Below, one piece after another: positions 55,043-64,000 of a DNA stretch of 64,000 nt (position 1 is the first letter of the stretch; each line of letters opens with the position of its first letter). A program made the translations under genes and the position numbers. Source of the stretch: an uncultured Candidatus Saccharibacteria bacterium (lineage in GTDB: Bacteria; Patescibacteriota; CAZHWT01); assembly GCA_964597145.1 (NCBI GenBank), contig CAZQWH010000001.1, forward strand, positions 166,441 to 230,440, read 5' to 3'. The notes below the pieces were generated by a model. It searched no databases. It was not told the origin of the DNA and saw only the letters and a list, made by a program, of their open reading frames with translations.

Positions 55043-55248
55043 GGCAACTACACCCTACCATGGCGGAAATAACTATGTAAATAAATAGAATACGAATAAG
55101 CGCGGAAATTGCATTATTTGTTTAATTCTGCGGTTGTCGTGGGTAAGCGAGCATAAATAGTAAAAGGTAGATGTCAGGGAAAACTGCTTGGTAAGTCTAA
55201 GAATCTCGTTATTCACTATGGCTATGGCGACAACTAGTTTGCTACAAT

Positions 55249-56739
55249 ATGGCTAACGCCATGAGCAGCCCTGATTCTCTACCTCTTGTAATAGTTATCA
55301 CTCATTTTGTTAATTTGTTTGCAATTGTTTTGTTAATCCGCAGTGGGTTACATATTCTCGCCGACCACCCCAAACTTTATTGGACAGATCATACTACCGA
55401 GAATAACCACTGGCTCAAATTTGGTAAAAAGAAAATGCCCCAAGACCAGATTTGGACTGCCCATGACGAAGTCGAGCCAATTGGACGGTTTGCCTTGCCA
55501 GGGGGTGGACATAAAGATTTCGGATCAGCCCGAAATTGGCATTTTGCCGCAGCCACTATTTGGATAATCACCGGAATAATTTATTATGGCTTTCTGTTTA
55601 TATCGGGAGAGTGGCAGCGATTAATTCCAACTAGTTGGGAGGTTTTTCCTCAAGCCCTCGACGCATTTATAAATTATATCCAATTTAAGATTCCACCAGA
55701 GTCAGCCTTCCAGCCATACGACGCCCTCCAGCAGTTAGCCTACGCGGTCGTAGTATTTGGTCTGGCTCCATTAATGGTTATAACAGCCATTGCCATGTCG
55801 CCAGCCCTAACCGGTTGGTACCCAGGATATCTCAAACTCTTTGGCGGCCGGCGGCAAGCTGCCCGCAGTCTACACTTTTTGGGAATGATTGGGTTTACCT
55901 TATTCATTCTCATCCATGTCACCTTAATATCCTTAGTCTACTTCTATCGCAACGTCAAACTAATTACTTTTGGTACCACCAATGTAGATATAGCTGCAGC
56001 CTTAACGGTGTTCGTGGCTGGATTGTTAATAGTCGTGGTCTTTAATGTGTGGGCCAGTTATATCACTATCAACCATCGGATAGTTACCCGTAAGTTCCTA
56101 GTTGGGTTCTATACCCCGTTTATTAAGGCAACTCTGGGGAAGTTTCATTCGCGCCAACAATATAGCGAACAGGATATATCCACATTCTTCCGGGTGAATG
56201 GTTACCCACCCAAAACCGAAGCATACAAACAACTACAAGCAACCAACTTCCAAGGTTGGAGGTTAACTATTGGTGGCATGGTTGACCAGGAAGTAGCTCT
56301 ATCCCTGGCAGAATTAAAAAAATTGCCCAGCCATACTCAAATTACCAAACATATTTGCATTCAAGGCTGGTCAGCAATTGCCCAATGGCAAGGCGTTCAA
56401 ATGCGCCATATCGTAAATATGGTTAAACCCCAGCAGGGAGTGCGGTTTGTGGTGTTCTACGCCTATGATGAAGATGAAAACGGCAAGCCGTTCTACGAAG
56501 CCTTGCGCTTGGAAGATATGAATGACGACCAAACAATACTAGCCTATGCCATGAATGGTCAGGATTTACCCATCAATCATGGCGCACCAATTCGGTTACG
56601 TTGTGAAAAGAAATTAGGTTATAAAATGATTAAGTATATTAAGCGAATAGAATTTGTGCACGACTTTGCCCATATAGGACAAGGGCGTGGTGGCTACCGT
56701 GAAGATGAAGTCTTATTCGACTGGGAAGCCAGTATTTAA
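55249..56739 (+). CDS. Fusion of a cytochrome b-type membrane domain with a sulfite-oxidase-family molybdopterin oxidoreductase domain (MsrQ-MsrP-like)
   Basis: N-terminal part has 5-6 TM helices with conserved His residues (HFVNLFAIVLLIRSGLHI..., ...ARNWHFAAATIW...). C-terminal HICIQGWSAIAQWQGVQM...NGQDLPINHGAPIRLRCEKKLGYKMIKYIKRIEFV matches the YedY/MsrP Mo-cofactor domain. Confidence 0.55.
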   Translation: MANAMSSPDSLPLVIVITHFVNLFAIVLLIRSGLHILADHPKLYWTDHTTENNHWLKFGKKKMPQDQIWTAHDEVEPIGRFALPGGGHKDFGSARNWHFAAATIWIITGIIYYGFLFISGEWQRLIPTSWEVFPQALDAFINYIQFKIPPESAFQPYDALQQLAYAVVVFGLAPLMVITAIAMSPALTGWYPGYLKLFGGRRQAARSLHFLGMIGFTLFILIHVTLISLVYFYRNVKLITFGTTNVDIAAALTVFVAGLLIVVVFNVWASYITINHRIVTRKFLVGFYTPFIKATLGKFHSRQQYSEQDISTFFRVNGYPPKTEAYKQLQATNFQGWRLTIGGMVDQEVALSLAELKKLPSHTQITKHICIQGWSAIAQWQGVQMRHIVNMVKPQQGVRFVVFYAYDEDENGKPFYEALRLEDMNDDQTILAYAMNGQDLPINHGAPIRLRCEKKLGYKMIKYIKRIEFVHDFAHIGQGRGGYREDEVLFDWEASI

Positions 56740-56879
56740 GCAAGTAGGCTTTCAGCGGTCAAATGGACAAAGTTGGCTTCGAAAGCTACGCAGCAGATAA
56801 TTACCCGGCCAGGAATTCATAATACAGTGAATTCATAGTGCAACCTATGATTGCAATAATTTACAGAGATAAAATAAGT

Positions 56880-56907
56880 TAATTATATAATATATTATAT
56901 AATTAAT
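56880..56907. repeat. Dispersed AT-rich palindromic element, copy 4 (TTAATTATATAAT-AT-ATTATATAATTAA), CAGAG flank at 56865-56869
   Basis: Identical 28-mer to copy 2. Ends 17 nt before the NUDIX stop codon. Confidence 0.8.
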
Positions 56908-56924
56908 GAGTATCCCATCTTTTG

Positions 56925-57398
56925 CTACTTTTGATATCGCAGATAGTATTCTTCAAGGACTGGTTGAAAGTTTCGGTATTGATTGAGGAAGACGAGATAT
57001 CCAGGGAGTTCGGCTAGGTTTACCCATTTATATTGTTGAACTTCGGTACGATCTAGTTGAATCTTGGCGTCGGGGTTGATCAGTCTAATGTAGACATGGT
57101 CTTTGTGCTGTCCCTGGTAGAGGTGGGTAATGGGGCGGTCTTCATCAATCATATCCTGCGGGAAGTCGTAAATATTTGGGTAGGATGAAACACCCAAGAC
57201 TTGCAAGTCGTGAGGGTTTAGGCCAAGCTCTTCACCTACTTCGCGCACGGCGTTTTCTTCTGGACTTTCTCCCTCCTCACGTCCCCCACCTGGGAAGTTC
57301 CATTCATCTGGTCGGTAGCTCTGATGTCGAATAAGTAGCAGATTGTTATTCTGATCAAAAATCAATGCATGCGCGCCGAGTCGATACGGTTTGTTCAT
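56925..57398 (-). CDS. NUDIX hydrolase
   Basis: Nudix box GGGREEGESPEENAVREVGEELGL. Confidence 0.9.
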   Translation of the reverse strand: MNKPYRLGAHALIFDQNNNLLLIRHQSYRPDEWNFPGGGREEGESPEENAVREVGEELGLNPHDLQVLGVSSYPNIYDFPQDMIDEDRPITHLYQGQHKDHVYIRLINPDAKIQLDRTEVQQYKWVNLAELPGYLVFLNQYRNFQPVLEEYYLRYQK

Positions 57399-57551
57399 AT
57401 TGGTATATTAGTCAAATCTCAGATGGCGGTCAAATGTACATTTGAATATTAGTGATGGGTGGTGAAGTGAGTAGAGGGCAAGCTAGTACTTATTGTCGTG
57501 GTTAGCCTGTAGGAGTACAATTGAATAAATTCGCGGGAAGGGGGTGAAAAG

Positions 57552-58037
57552 ATGGCTCAAACAACTCAAACTTCTAGCGATGATCGAGCGAAGGTTCTAT
57601 CGTTTCCTCCTGCGGTTGGCGCAATATTGATTCTAATCGGAATCGTGTTACATCTGCTCTGCCCATTACACATTTTGGATAATGGTTGGCTGGCGTTGAT
57701 ACTAGGTGTGTTGGTACTAGCTGTTGGTGTTGGCCTACAGGTTGCCTGTATTCGAGTATTCAAAAGAGCTCAAACTACTCCGCTATTTCAGAAACCTACT
57801 ACCAAAGTACTGCAACATGGCTTGTATGCCACATCACGCAACCCTATATATATCGCGGTCTTATTTCAGTTTTTAGGATTGGCGTTACTGGTAAATACAG
57901 CCTGGCTGCTATTAATGTTGCTGATTGTATTCCTTTATCTGCACTTTGGTGTTATCAGTGGTGAAGAGCGGTATCTAGAACAGAAATTCGGCGATGAATA
58001 TAAAAGCTATAAATCAAAAGTCCGTCGGTGGGTATAA
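57552..58037 (+). CDS. ICMT/PEMT-family membrane methyltransferase (second paralog)
   Basis: ...HGLYATSRNPIYIAVLFQFLGLALL...GEERYLEQKFGDEYKSYKSKVRRWV carries the same family signature as 53160..53594. Confidence 0.6.
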   Translation: MAQTTQTSSDDRAKVLSFPPAVGAILILIGIVLHLLCPLHILDNGWLALILGVLVLAVGVGLQVACIRVFKRAQTTPLFQKPTTKVLQHGLYATSRNPIYIAVLFQFLGLALLVNTAWLLLMLLIVFLYLHFGVISGEERYLEQKFGDEYKSYKSKVRRWV

Positions 58038-58096
58038 AAGCCGCTTGATCGCCTGGCCGAAAGCGCCAAGATGGTCAACTATTTCAACGGCGTTGA

Positions 58097-58450
58097 TTAT
58101 GATGCGTTTTGGGGTTTTCGGCGGGCGAGTATGCCTTTGATGGAGGGGCTAATTTCTTTGTCGGTGCGGTGGATACAACCAAGCCAACAGCAGGGGCGGC
58201 GCTGGCCGTCGAGTAATTCCTCGCTGGTGCGTCGGATGCGACGCTCCCGGGTTTGGGCTTGTTTAGCATCCTCGACCCAGCAGATAAATTCATTGCGGGC
58301 TAATGGTGTCAAACCCTCCCACAGTTCAATTACTTTGTCATTAGCAAGTATTGATTGCAGGAGGTCTTTTGGCATGGCATGAGCCACGCCAGCACTTAGT
58401 GTTCGTTCAGACATAGGGTAATTATATACTGTCCAGGCTACTTTTTGCAC
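58097..58450 (-). CDS. YdeI/OmpD-associated family domain protein
   Basis: ...MPKDLLQSILANDKVIELWEGLTPLARNEFICWVEDAKQAQTRERRIRR... fits the YdeI_OmpD pattern. Likely start MSERTL at 58414. Confidence 0.45.
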   Translation of the reverse strand: MQKVAWTVYNYPMSERTLSAGVAHAMPKDLLQSILANDKVIELWEGLTPLARNEFICWVEDAKQAQTRERRIRRTSEELLDGQRRPCCWLGCIHRTDKEISPSIKGILARRKPQNAS

Positions 58451-59007
58451 AATGTGGAAATATTTTTTATGTCAGAGGCAATCATAATAAGGTCATTGCT
58501 TAATTGATGGCCACCTTGGTTAAGCTCATGCCTTATCGCCTGGGGTAATTTTTGGGCATACAAGGCAAGGTGGGCAAATGGCACAACTTCGTCATCCCGA
58601 CTGTGATACAAATAGATTGGAGTAGACTGAGGGATTCTGGTGGCGATGTTACTCGAGAGCTCCAATTTTTCGTAACCTTCATAACGCCAACCATCTCCAC
58701 CCCAATACGGCGCAGCTAGGAGAAAAATGCCGGCGATTGGTTTTTGGGCCATAGTGTCATCTAGGTATTTGACCAGAATTGAAGCCCCAACCGAATGGCC
58801 AACAAGAATGATTCTTTCCGTCCCGGCTAGTTCCGCCTCAATTTGTTGTCTCCATAGCTCATACGGAGCATTTTCCTCATCCGGCATGGCCGGGTATCGA
58901 ATCTCGTACTCGGATCCAAGAGTGTGACGGAGGCTATCGACTAACGGTGCATCGGCGTGATAAGCCCCCTCGCCCGCGCCGTGGATAAATAGGATTTGTT
59001 TGCTCAT
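58438..59007 (-). CDS. Alpha/beta hydrolase-fold serine hydrolase
   Basis: MSKQILFIHGAGEG... and nucleophile elbow GHSVGA. 189 aa. Confidence 0.55.
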   Translation of the reverse strand: MSKQILFIHGAGEGAYHADAPLVDSLRHTLGSEYEIRYPAMPDEENAPYELWRQQIEAELAGTERIILVGHSVGASILVKYLDDTMAQKPIAGIFLLAAPYWGGDGWRYEGYEKLELSSNIATRIPQSTPIYLYHSRDDEVVPFAHLALYAQKLPQAIRHELNQGGHQLSNDLIMIASDIKNISTLCKK

Positions 59008-59116
59008 AATTTAGCTCCTGTATCGATTATAGCTGATAGCATCTTTTGGTTCTATCCCGAGAGGGGCAGTTGACTTAACTCATGTTGACCATCAGCCTTT
59101 TTGCTATGATGGGTTT

Positions 59117-59689
59117 ATGAAAGAGGACTATGAAATCATAGAGTTCAAGAATTTAACCGAGTGGCGGGAGTGGTTGAGCGAAAATCATTCGGCGATTGAT
59201 GGAGTATGGTTGCGGTTGTATAAAAAGGGTATCGGGATTGAATCCGTTTCGCATGCAGGCGCGCTGGACCAAGCTTTGTGTTTTGGTTGGATTGATGGGC
59301 TGAGGAAGGGTTATGATGACCAGTCATTCTTACAGAAATTTACTCCGAGACGGCGGAATAGTCTATGGTCAAAGCGTAATATTGAACATATTGAGCGCCT
59401 GACCAGGTCTGGCTTGATGATGGAAGCTGGACTGGCTGAGGTGGAGCGAGCTAAGGAAGATGGCCGTTGGCAGAAAGCCTATGATTCGTTCCGTAGCATG
59501 ACAGTGCCCGAAGATCTATCATTAGAGTTGGAAAAACGTCCACGAGCTAAGGTATTTTTTGAGTCGTTAAATAAAACCAACAAGTATGCAGTATTGTGGC
59601 GATTGCAAACGGCTAAGACCATAGCTACTCGTCAGAGGCGACTGGATAAGGTTCTGTCTATGCTGGAGGCGGGGGAAAAGTTTCACTAA
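59117..59689 (+). CDS. YdeI/DUF1801-family protein
   Basis: ...WLRLYKKGIGIESVSHAGALDQALCFGWIDGLRK...RLQTAKTIATRQRRLDKVL... matches YdeI full-length proteins. Confidence 0.5.
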   Translation: MKEDYEIIEFKNLTEWREWLSENHSAIDGVWLRLYKKGIGIESVSHAGALDQALCFGWIDGLRKGYDDQSFLQKFTPRRRNSLWSKRNIEHIERLTRSGLMMEAGLAEVERAKEDGRWQKAYDSFRSMTVPEDLSLELEKRPRAKVFFESLNKTNKYAVLWRLQTAKTIATRQRRLDKVLSMLEAGEKFH

Positions 59690-59710
59690 AATTGCTTCGA
59701 TAGATTTGTC

Positions 59711-59733
59711 GTCATGCTGGCCTTCGGCTCTGA
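59711..59733. repeat. Left arm of a 23 bp inverted repeat (GTCATGCTGGCCTTCGGCTCTGA) flanking the DHFR-family gene
   Basis: 22 of 23 identity to the reverse complement of 60956..60978. Confidence 0.6.
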
Positions 59734-59928
59734 GGCTCAGGCTCGAAGAGAGCAAAGCGTATTTTAGACACAAAGTGGCTCGTGCTTTAGCACATAGCAT
59801 CTATAAAAACTTGATTCAGATGAGATCCTATCGTGCGTAAACTCACTCCAGGATGACAGTGGCTGGGTTGGGAAACATACTTTGGGCTGCCTAAGTGTTA
59901 TGATGAGATAACAGTAAGGGAGGAATGC

Positions 59929-60573
59929 ATGTCAAAAGTAGTCGCTAACATATCAATGTCACTGGACGGCTTTATCGCCGGGCCCAATCCGACCCTCGAA
60001 GAGCCACTGGGTCAGCGTGGTGAAGAGCTACATGAATGGGTAGTCAAGTTGGCCTCTTGGCGTCAAGCTCATGGTATATCTGGTGGTGAGACGGGGCCCG
60101 ACAACGATATTATGGAGGCGTCGCAAGAGAATGTGGGGGCCGTTATTATGGGGCGCCGGATGTATAGTGGTGGTGAAGGTTCATGGGCAGATGATCCAAA
60201 CCCTGATGGTTGGTGGGGTGATACGCCACCATTTCATGCTCCGGTCTTTGTTCTGACTCACCACCAGCGAGAAACTGTGACCAAAGAAGGTGGCACTTCC
60301 TTTATCTTTGTGACCGATGGGATTGCCAGTGCCTTGGCTCAAGCCAAAGAAGCCGCTGGTGATAAGGATATCTCGATAGCCGGTGGGGCTAGTGTCATCC
60401 AGCAATGCATGAAAACGGGTCAAGTAGATGAGTTGCACATTCATCTGGCGCCGATCTTACTGGGCAGCGGCACACCTTTGCTGGTTGATCTGGGAGAGGC
60501 TAAGTTGGAGAAAATTGAGGCTATTGATGCTTCGCCTTATGTTACTCACCTCAAATTTCGGATAAAAAAGTAG
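59929..60573 (+). CDS. Dihydrofolate reductase-family protein (RibD C-terminal domain-like)
   Basis: MSKVVANISMSLDGFIAGPNP...IMGRRMY...PVFVLTH...ISIAGGASVIQQCMKTGQVDELHIHLAPILLGSGTPL is the canonical RibD_C/DHFR-like pattern. Confidence 0.75.
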   Translation: MSKVVANISMSLDGFIAGPNPTLEEPLGQRGEELHEWVVKLASWRQAHGISGGETGPDNDIMEASQENVGAVIMGRRMYSGGEGSWADDPNPDGWWGDTPPFHAPVFVLTHHQRETVTKEGGTSFIFVTDGIASALAQAKEAAGDKDISIAGGASVIQQCMKTGQVDELHIHLAPILLGSGTPLLVDLGEAKLEKIEAIDASPYVTHLKFRIKK

Positions 60574-60955
60574 TTCGCAAACTCAAACACAGTAGATAGA
60601 TAGTTCTAACTAGGCTTACTTTTTTAGGTCATTGCTGCGCTGCTTTGCTCTCCGTAGGGTCAGGCAGGAATCAACGACTATAACAACACCCCAGCGCCCG
60701 GATTACAGCTTTCGCCGGAATGATCTAGGAAACTACGTCATTGCGAGGGAGTATTAACGACCGCGGCAATCTTGTAGGGCCTGGTAGATTACTTCCTGAC
60801 CTTATACAGGACGGGTGGACAGTTTTACTCGCAATAACGACTCACATCCACGCATTGCGACCCCTTCTTCGTTTGACGCTGAGACCCTATCACTTCGTTC
60901 TCTTCGAGCTATTCGACAAGCTTCATAGTCATGACCTGAGCTCACTGTCGAAGGA

Positions 60956-60978
60956 TCAGAGCCGAAGGCCAGGATGAC
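60956..60978. repeat. Right arm of the 23 bp inverted repeat (TCAGAGCCGAAGGCCAGGATGAC)
   Basis: Reverse complement of 59711..59733 with one mismatch. Confidence 0.6.
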
Positions 60979-61028
60979 AGAACCATATTGATATACATGC
61001 TATCGTAAATTATCTGAGTTATTTTATA

Positions 61029-61056
61029 TTAATTATATAATAAATTATATAATTAA
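61029..61056. repeat. Dispersed AT-rich palindromic element, copy 5 (TTAATTATATAAT-AA-ATTATATAATTAA), CTGAG flank at 61014-61018
   Basis: Perfect inverted arms. Flank TATCTGAGTTATTTTA is identical to the copy 2 flank. Confidence 0.8.
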
Positions 61057-61287
61057 TTTTTTACAAATCTGGCTCCTATCCGTAGAGGATTTTTTGCTCC
61101 TAACATTGGACTAACCTTGATAGGGTGTTGGTGCTCTTAGGTGGTAGGTGAAGGTTGCTTGAAAAAAATAATACGAAAAAAATCAGGCTATAAAAAACTC
61201 AAGTCGAAGAAATGACTTCGATGAGGCCGAGTTTGGTACGTAAGGTAATGCAAAGCTCGCAAAATTAGTGCCATACATTCTAAGGAT

Positions 61288-61803
61288 TTAGGTGACAATC
61301 GAGTAAACCTGGACCGAATTAATTTGAGCCTGTTTACCAAAGCTATTGAAGGTGTAGAAGTTGCCAAACTCCACCATACCACCATCGGCAAATTTAAGCA
61401 CGCCATTGGCGGCTGCCTGGTTGCCATGGGTAATGATGGAATGGATAATTAATTCGGTGACGTGTGAGCGGTTAGCATCTTGGGTTAAAAGAGCTTCAAC
61501 CTGGTCCCTACCAGCAGCACGTTGGTGACCATAAATGTTAAGTTTGATGTCGTCGCTGACCATGGCCACAACAGCCCGGATATCAGCCTGGGCATTAGCC
61601 ACACAAAAATCGTAGATATAGCGCTTTTTAGGCGCATTACCACAATCTAGCCCAGAGGTAACCGTAATCATATTCACATCATACACTGTCCTACCACTAG
61701 TGTCATTCATATAATTTATTAGTTTAGGTTTCGGGGTGTAAGAGTAGGCACTATAAAAATTGCTGTAAACAAAAATAACCAACACCTCCGCATAGCGCTC
61801 CAC
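61288..61803 (-). CDS. NTF2-like/SnoaL-like fold protein (hypothetical)
   Basis: ...YIYDFCVANAQADIRAVVAMVSDDIKLNIYGHQRAAGRDQVEALL...NGVLKFADGGMVEFGNFYTF resembles the SnoaL-like pattern. Start uncertain, possibly MNDTS at 61710. Confidence 0.35.
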   Translation of the reverse strand: MERYAEVLVIFVYSNFYSAYSYTPKPKLINYMNDTSGRTVYDVNMITVTSGLDCGNAPKKRYIYDFCVANAQADIRAVVAMVSDDIKLNIYGHQRAAGRDQVEALLTQDANRSHVTELIIHSIITHGNQAAANGVLKFADGGMVEFGNFYTFNSFGKQAQINSVQVYSIVT

Positions 61804-61966
61804 GAATAAGCATCTGGCAGGCTAAGCTCTATCAAGTCTGAGGAAAAATAATTGAGTAATATAGCATCCAAAGAGGTTAAATGGAGTATATGGAATACAA
61901 GGTATCCCAGATTAGAGTGGTGTGGTCAAGAAATAAGCTTAATATTTGGTCTGATATAATGCCGGT

Positions 61967-62832
61967 GTGCATTATTTGTTGGCAGCTGTTCTCTCTAACC
62001 TTTCGTACGCTATAGCAGACAATACAAATGGCGTGGTGGCGCAGAAAAATAAACCGCTATCTGTTGCTATATGGGCTGCAATATTTGCAGTAGTGATATT
62101 TTTTATCCCCTTGGTCATATTTTTTCAACATGAAATTGCGAGGTTAACCTTTGAAAGTGTCTTGTGGATTCTGGGCACAGGAGTGTTGGTTGCTCTGGGG
62201 TATCTTTGCTTCATTAGTGGTATGAATAAAGGGAGCGTGACGTTAACCGGGGTAATTGGAGGCTCTTTCCCTGCAGTCACAACGGTGATTGCACTGCTGT
62301 TGTTCCAAGAACAGGTTTCTCTATTTCAAATATTGGCTATCCTGGTGATAATTTTGGGTATTATTTTATCTTCGATGCAAGGCAATCCTTCTACATTACT
62401 GAGGGATATAAAATCTCCATCCCTTCTATTCGCACTTGGAGCCTTCTTTTTGTGGGGTTTGTATTTTGCGTTAATTCGAATTCCCGTGGAGCAGGTTGGT
62501 TGGTTCCTGCCACAATATGGATCGAGTGTTATAGGCATTCCATTATACATTCTTATTGCTCAACTATCTGGTGAAAGCAGGTGATGTCAAAGCCCCAATT
62601 GCCAATTATAATCGCGGTCGCATCTTCTTTGCAGGTAGCTGGCAGTATGCTGTTTAATTACGCTATTAGCCAGGGTCCAACCACAATTGTAGCTCCAATT
62701 GCCGGAAGTTCGCCGGCGGTTTTTGTTGTTATTGCTCATTTTATCTTTAAAGAGCGCTTAAATACCTACCAAAATGTCGGCATCATAACGGCATTGGCCG
62801 GTATCATTGGATTGTCATTGCTGAGCGCTTAA
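61967..62832 (+). CDS. EamA/DMT-family transporter, apparently split into two ORFs (61967..62584 and 62581..62832) in different frames
   Basis: ORF1 carries about 6 TM helices of an EamA repeat pair. ORF2 carries the last 3 TM helices and begins GTGATG, overlapping the ORF1 stop. Together they make a typical ~288 aa EamA protein. Confidence 0.5.
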
Positions 62833-63004
62833 AGCGGACCGCTGAAAGAGAAATATTTGTAAGCTCATTTTATTCTATTCGTTAATTGCGAATAACCCGA
62901 CGTTGCCAGGGATGTCGACATCCGATGTCGAAAGTTTCACCTAATTTCTGGTTTTGGCTATGATGCTATAATTGACCCTTGTTGAATGGCACTGAGATAA
63001 AGGA

Positions 63005-63313
63005 GTGGAGCTGATGGCACTGTCGATTTCGGTTCGAGTCAATGTGCGTGGCGAGTGGCGGGCGATTGCCGAGGTTTCCCTGAAATGTGAGGTATGCGGT
63101 ACGACTTACAGCAATCTAAATGAACAGCCCATTACCGGGGCTTATGATTTTTTAACGCATAGAATTGTATGGGATGAGGAGGTATTGAAAGATTTGAGAG
63201 AGAACTCAAAGCCTGAAGGATGGACTAGCCAGGGGAAATCAAAAATATTTTCTGGTGAAGGACATCTGACTTCATGGACAGAGTGGTACTGTCCTGAGTG
63301 TTCATCGAAATAA
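63005..63313 (+). CDS. Hypothetical zinc-ribbon protein
   Basis: Two CxxC pairs (CEVCG ... CPEC) about 75 residues apart. Confidence 0.35.
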   Translation: MELMALSISVRVNVRGEWRAIAEVSLKCEVCGTTYSNLNEQPITGAYDFLTHRIVWDEEVLKDLRENSKPEGWTSQGKSKIFSGEGHLTSWTEWYCPECSSK

Positions 63314-63425
63314 GGTAAATCTCAAACTGCAATGGCGCGACTCTTTATAGTCGCGCTATTTTCAATTTCGTTGGTAGTGTTTAATGTATTGATTGGATTA
63401 GTGCATCTATGATTCTAGATTTTTC

Positions 63426-63941
63426 TTACTTGGTAGTTATCCCAGTATCCGTGTCTGGATGATTGTGCAATATACTCTGGATAAATGCGCCAAATGTTGT
63501 TCCGGTAACAGCGTGAAACAAGATTAAAACAAGCGCATAGGTTGGCCAACCGCCAGTCTGCTGTGGAGTATAGTTCACAAAGTAAATAGTATCACTAACC
63601 CAGATATACCCTTCCCAGGGGTTCTCAATAATCGCTGGTAGGGGAGCATATGTAATCAATACTTCGACGCATACCACCCAGATTATAAAAAGCAATGGAA
63701 CAATGAGCGCTAGTTGCTTCCAATTCTTTCGAAATAACCATGCATACGCAGCCACCCACAGAAAGAAAGACAAGCCAACACGGAAGGCACTTAGGGCAGG
63801 GGTAGGCGCGCAATTCTGTATGTAGCATTCTGTAAAATAATCACCTATAGGTGTGGTTATCTCACTTGCTCCCCAGATTACATTGAGTCCAATTAAGATC
63901 GGCAAGGTGATAATAAAAATTAAATGTCGAAGATGCGACAT
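63426..63941 (-). CDS. Hypothetical integral membrane protein
   Basis: 171 aa with about 5 hydrophobic helices. No motif. Confidence 0.35.
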   Translation of the reverse strand: MSHLRHLIFIITLPILIGLNVIWGASEITTPIGDYFTECYIQNCAPTPALSAFRVGLSFFLWVAAYAWLFRKNWKQLALIVPLLFIIWVVCVEVLITYAPLPAIIENPWEGYIWVSDTIYFVNYTPQQTGGWPTYALVLILFHAVTGTTFGAFIQSILHNHPDTDTGITTK

Positions 63942-64000
63942 GACTGAGGTGTGATAGATAGATTTATTTAGCTGCCTAAATTGGTAAAAGTACCCACTGA

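Noticed and set aside
60741-60977. 78 aa ORF inside the IR-flanked cassette
   Set aside because: Arg/Leu-rich low-complexity translation, no RBS, and it overlaps the right inverted-repeat arm. More likely structured non-coding DNA.
1-64000. Alternative genetic code (UGA recoded as Gly, as in some CPR lineages)
   Set aside because: TGA is used as a normal stop codon, for example the histidine-kinase stop at 4202-4204 overlapping the response-regulator start. Well-conserved genes such as recA, rny and gltX end at the expected points with the standard code.
1-64000. CRISPR arrays and rRNA genes
   Set aside because: No direct repeats of 24-40 nt with regular spacing, and no 16S/23S/5S-like conserved stretches. 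The only regular repeats are the heptamer SSRs and the dispersed palindromes.

Overview
The window is a 64 kb stretch of compact bacterial chromosome, about 47% GC, with short intergenic spacers and several overlapping gene ends. A ribosomal cluster runs straight into a second r-protein pair: rpsD(3' end)-rpoA-rplQ, then rplM-rpsI. RNase Y/YmdB, a type-2 (archaeal-like) AspRS and separate SecD/SecF genes suggest a small-genome Patescibacteria(CPR)/Chloroflexi-like lineage; I cannot confirm this without a database. Core genes recognised: recA, recX, rny, ymdB, hup, miaA, comM/yifB, an RNase P RNA (rnpB), secD, secF, recJ, rel(RelA/SpoT), aspS, gltX, tRNA-Pro(GGG) and tRNA-Gln(CUG). From tRNA-Gln (about 49.0 kb) to the window end the content turns accessory: a RayT-like HUH transposase, Ogt, MazEF, NUDIX, two ICMT-family methyltransferases, YdeI/DUF1801 paralogs, an MsrQ-MsrP-like fusion, and an inverted-repeat-flanked DHFR-family cassette. 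The most unusual signals are listed below. (1) A directional ~55 bp AT-rich palindromic element, CTGAGTTAxTTTA..TTAATTATATAAT-N2-ATTATATAATTAA, occurs in 5 intact and 1 degenerate intergenic copies. (2) Both tRNAs are followed about 130-150 nt downstream by a direct repeat of their own 3' end, a pseudo-tRNA or att-like scar. (3) Three 480-780 nt ORF-free, hairpin-rich spacers have no obvious class. (4) Genes start 6-8 nt after a TGCTATAAT-type extended -10 (gltX, miaA, recJ, sppA, rnpB), implying leaderless mRNAs. (5) A GrpB-like NTase plus 2H-phosphoesterase cassette sits inside the conserved rny-ymdB pair. (6) A wHTH/degenerate-MNT + HEPN + MNT triad sits next to rnpB. (7) Two genes are inserted between secD and secF. 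(8) Heptanucleotide SSRs occur at the aspS promoter and inside recJ. No rRNA, CRISPR array or tmRNA was found.
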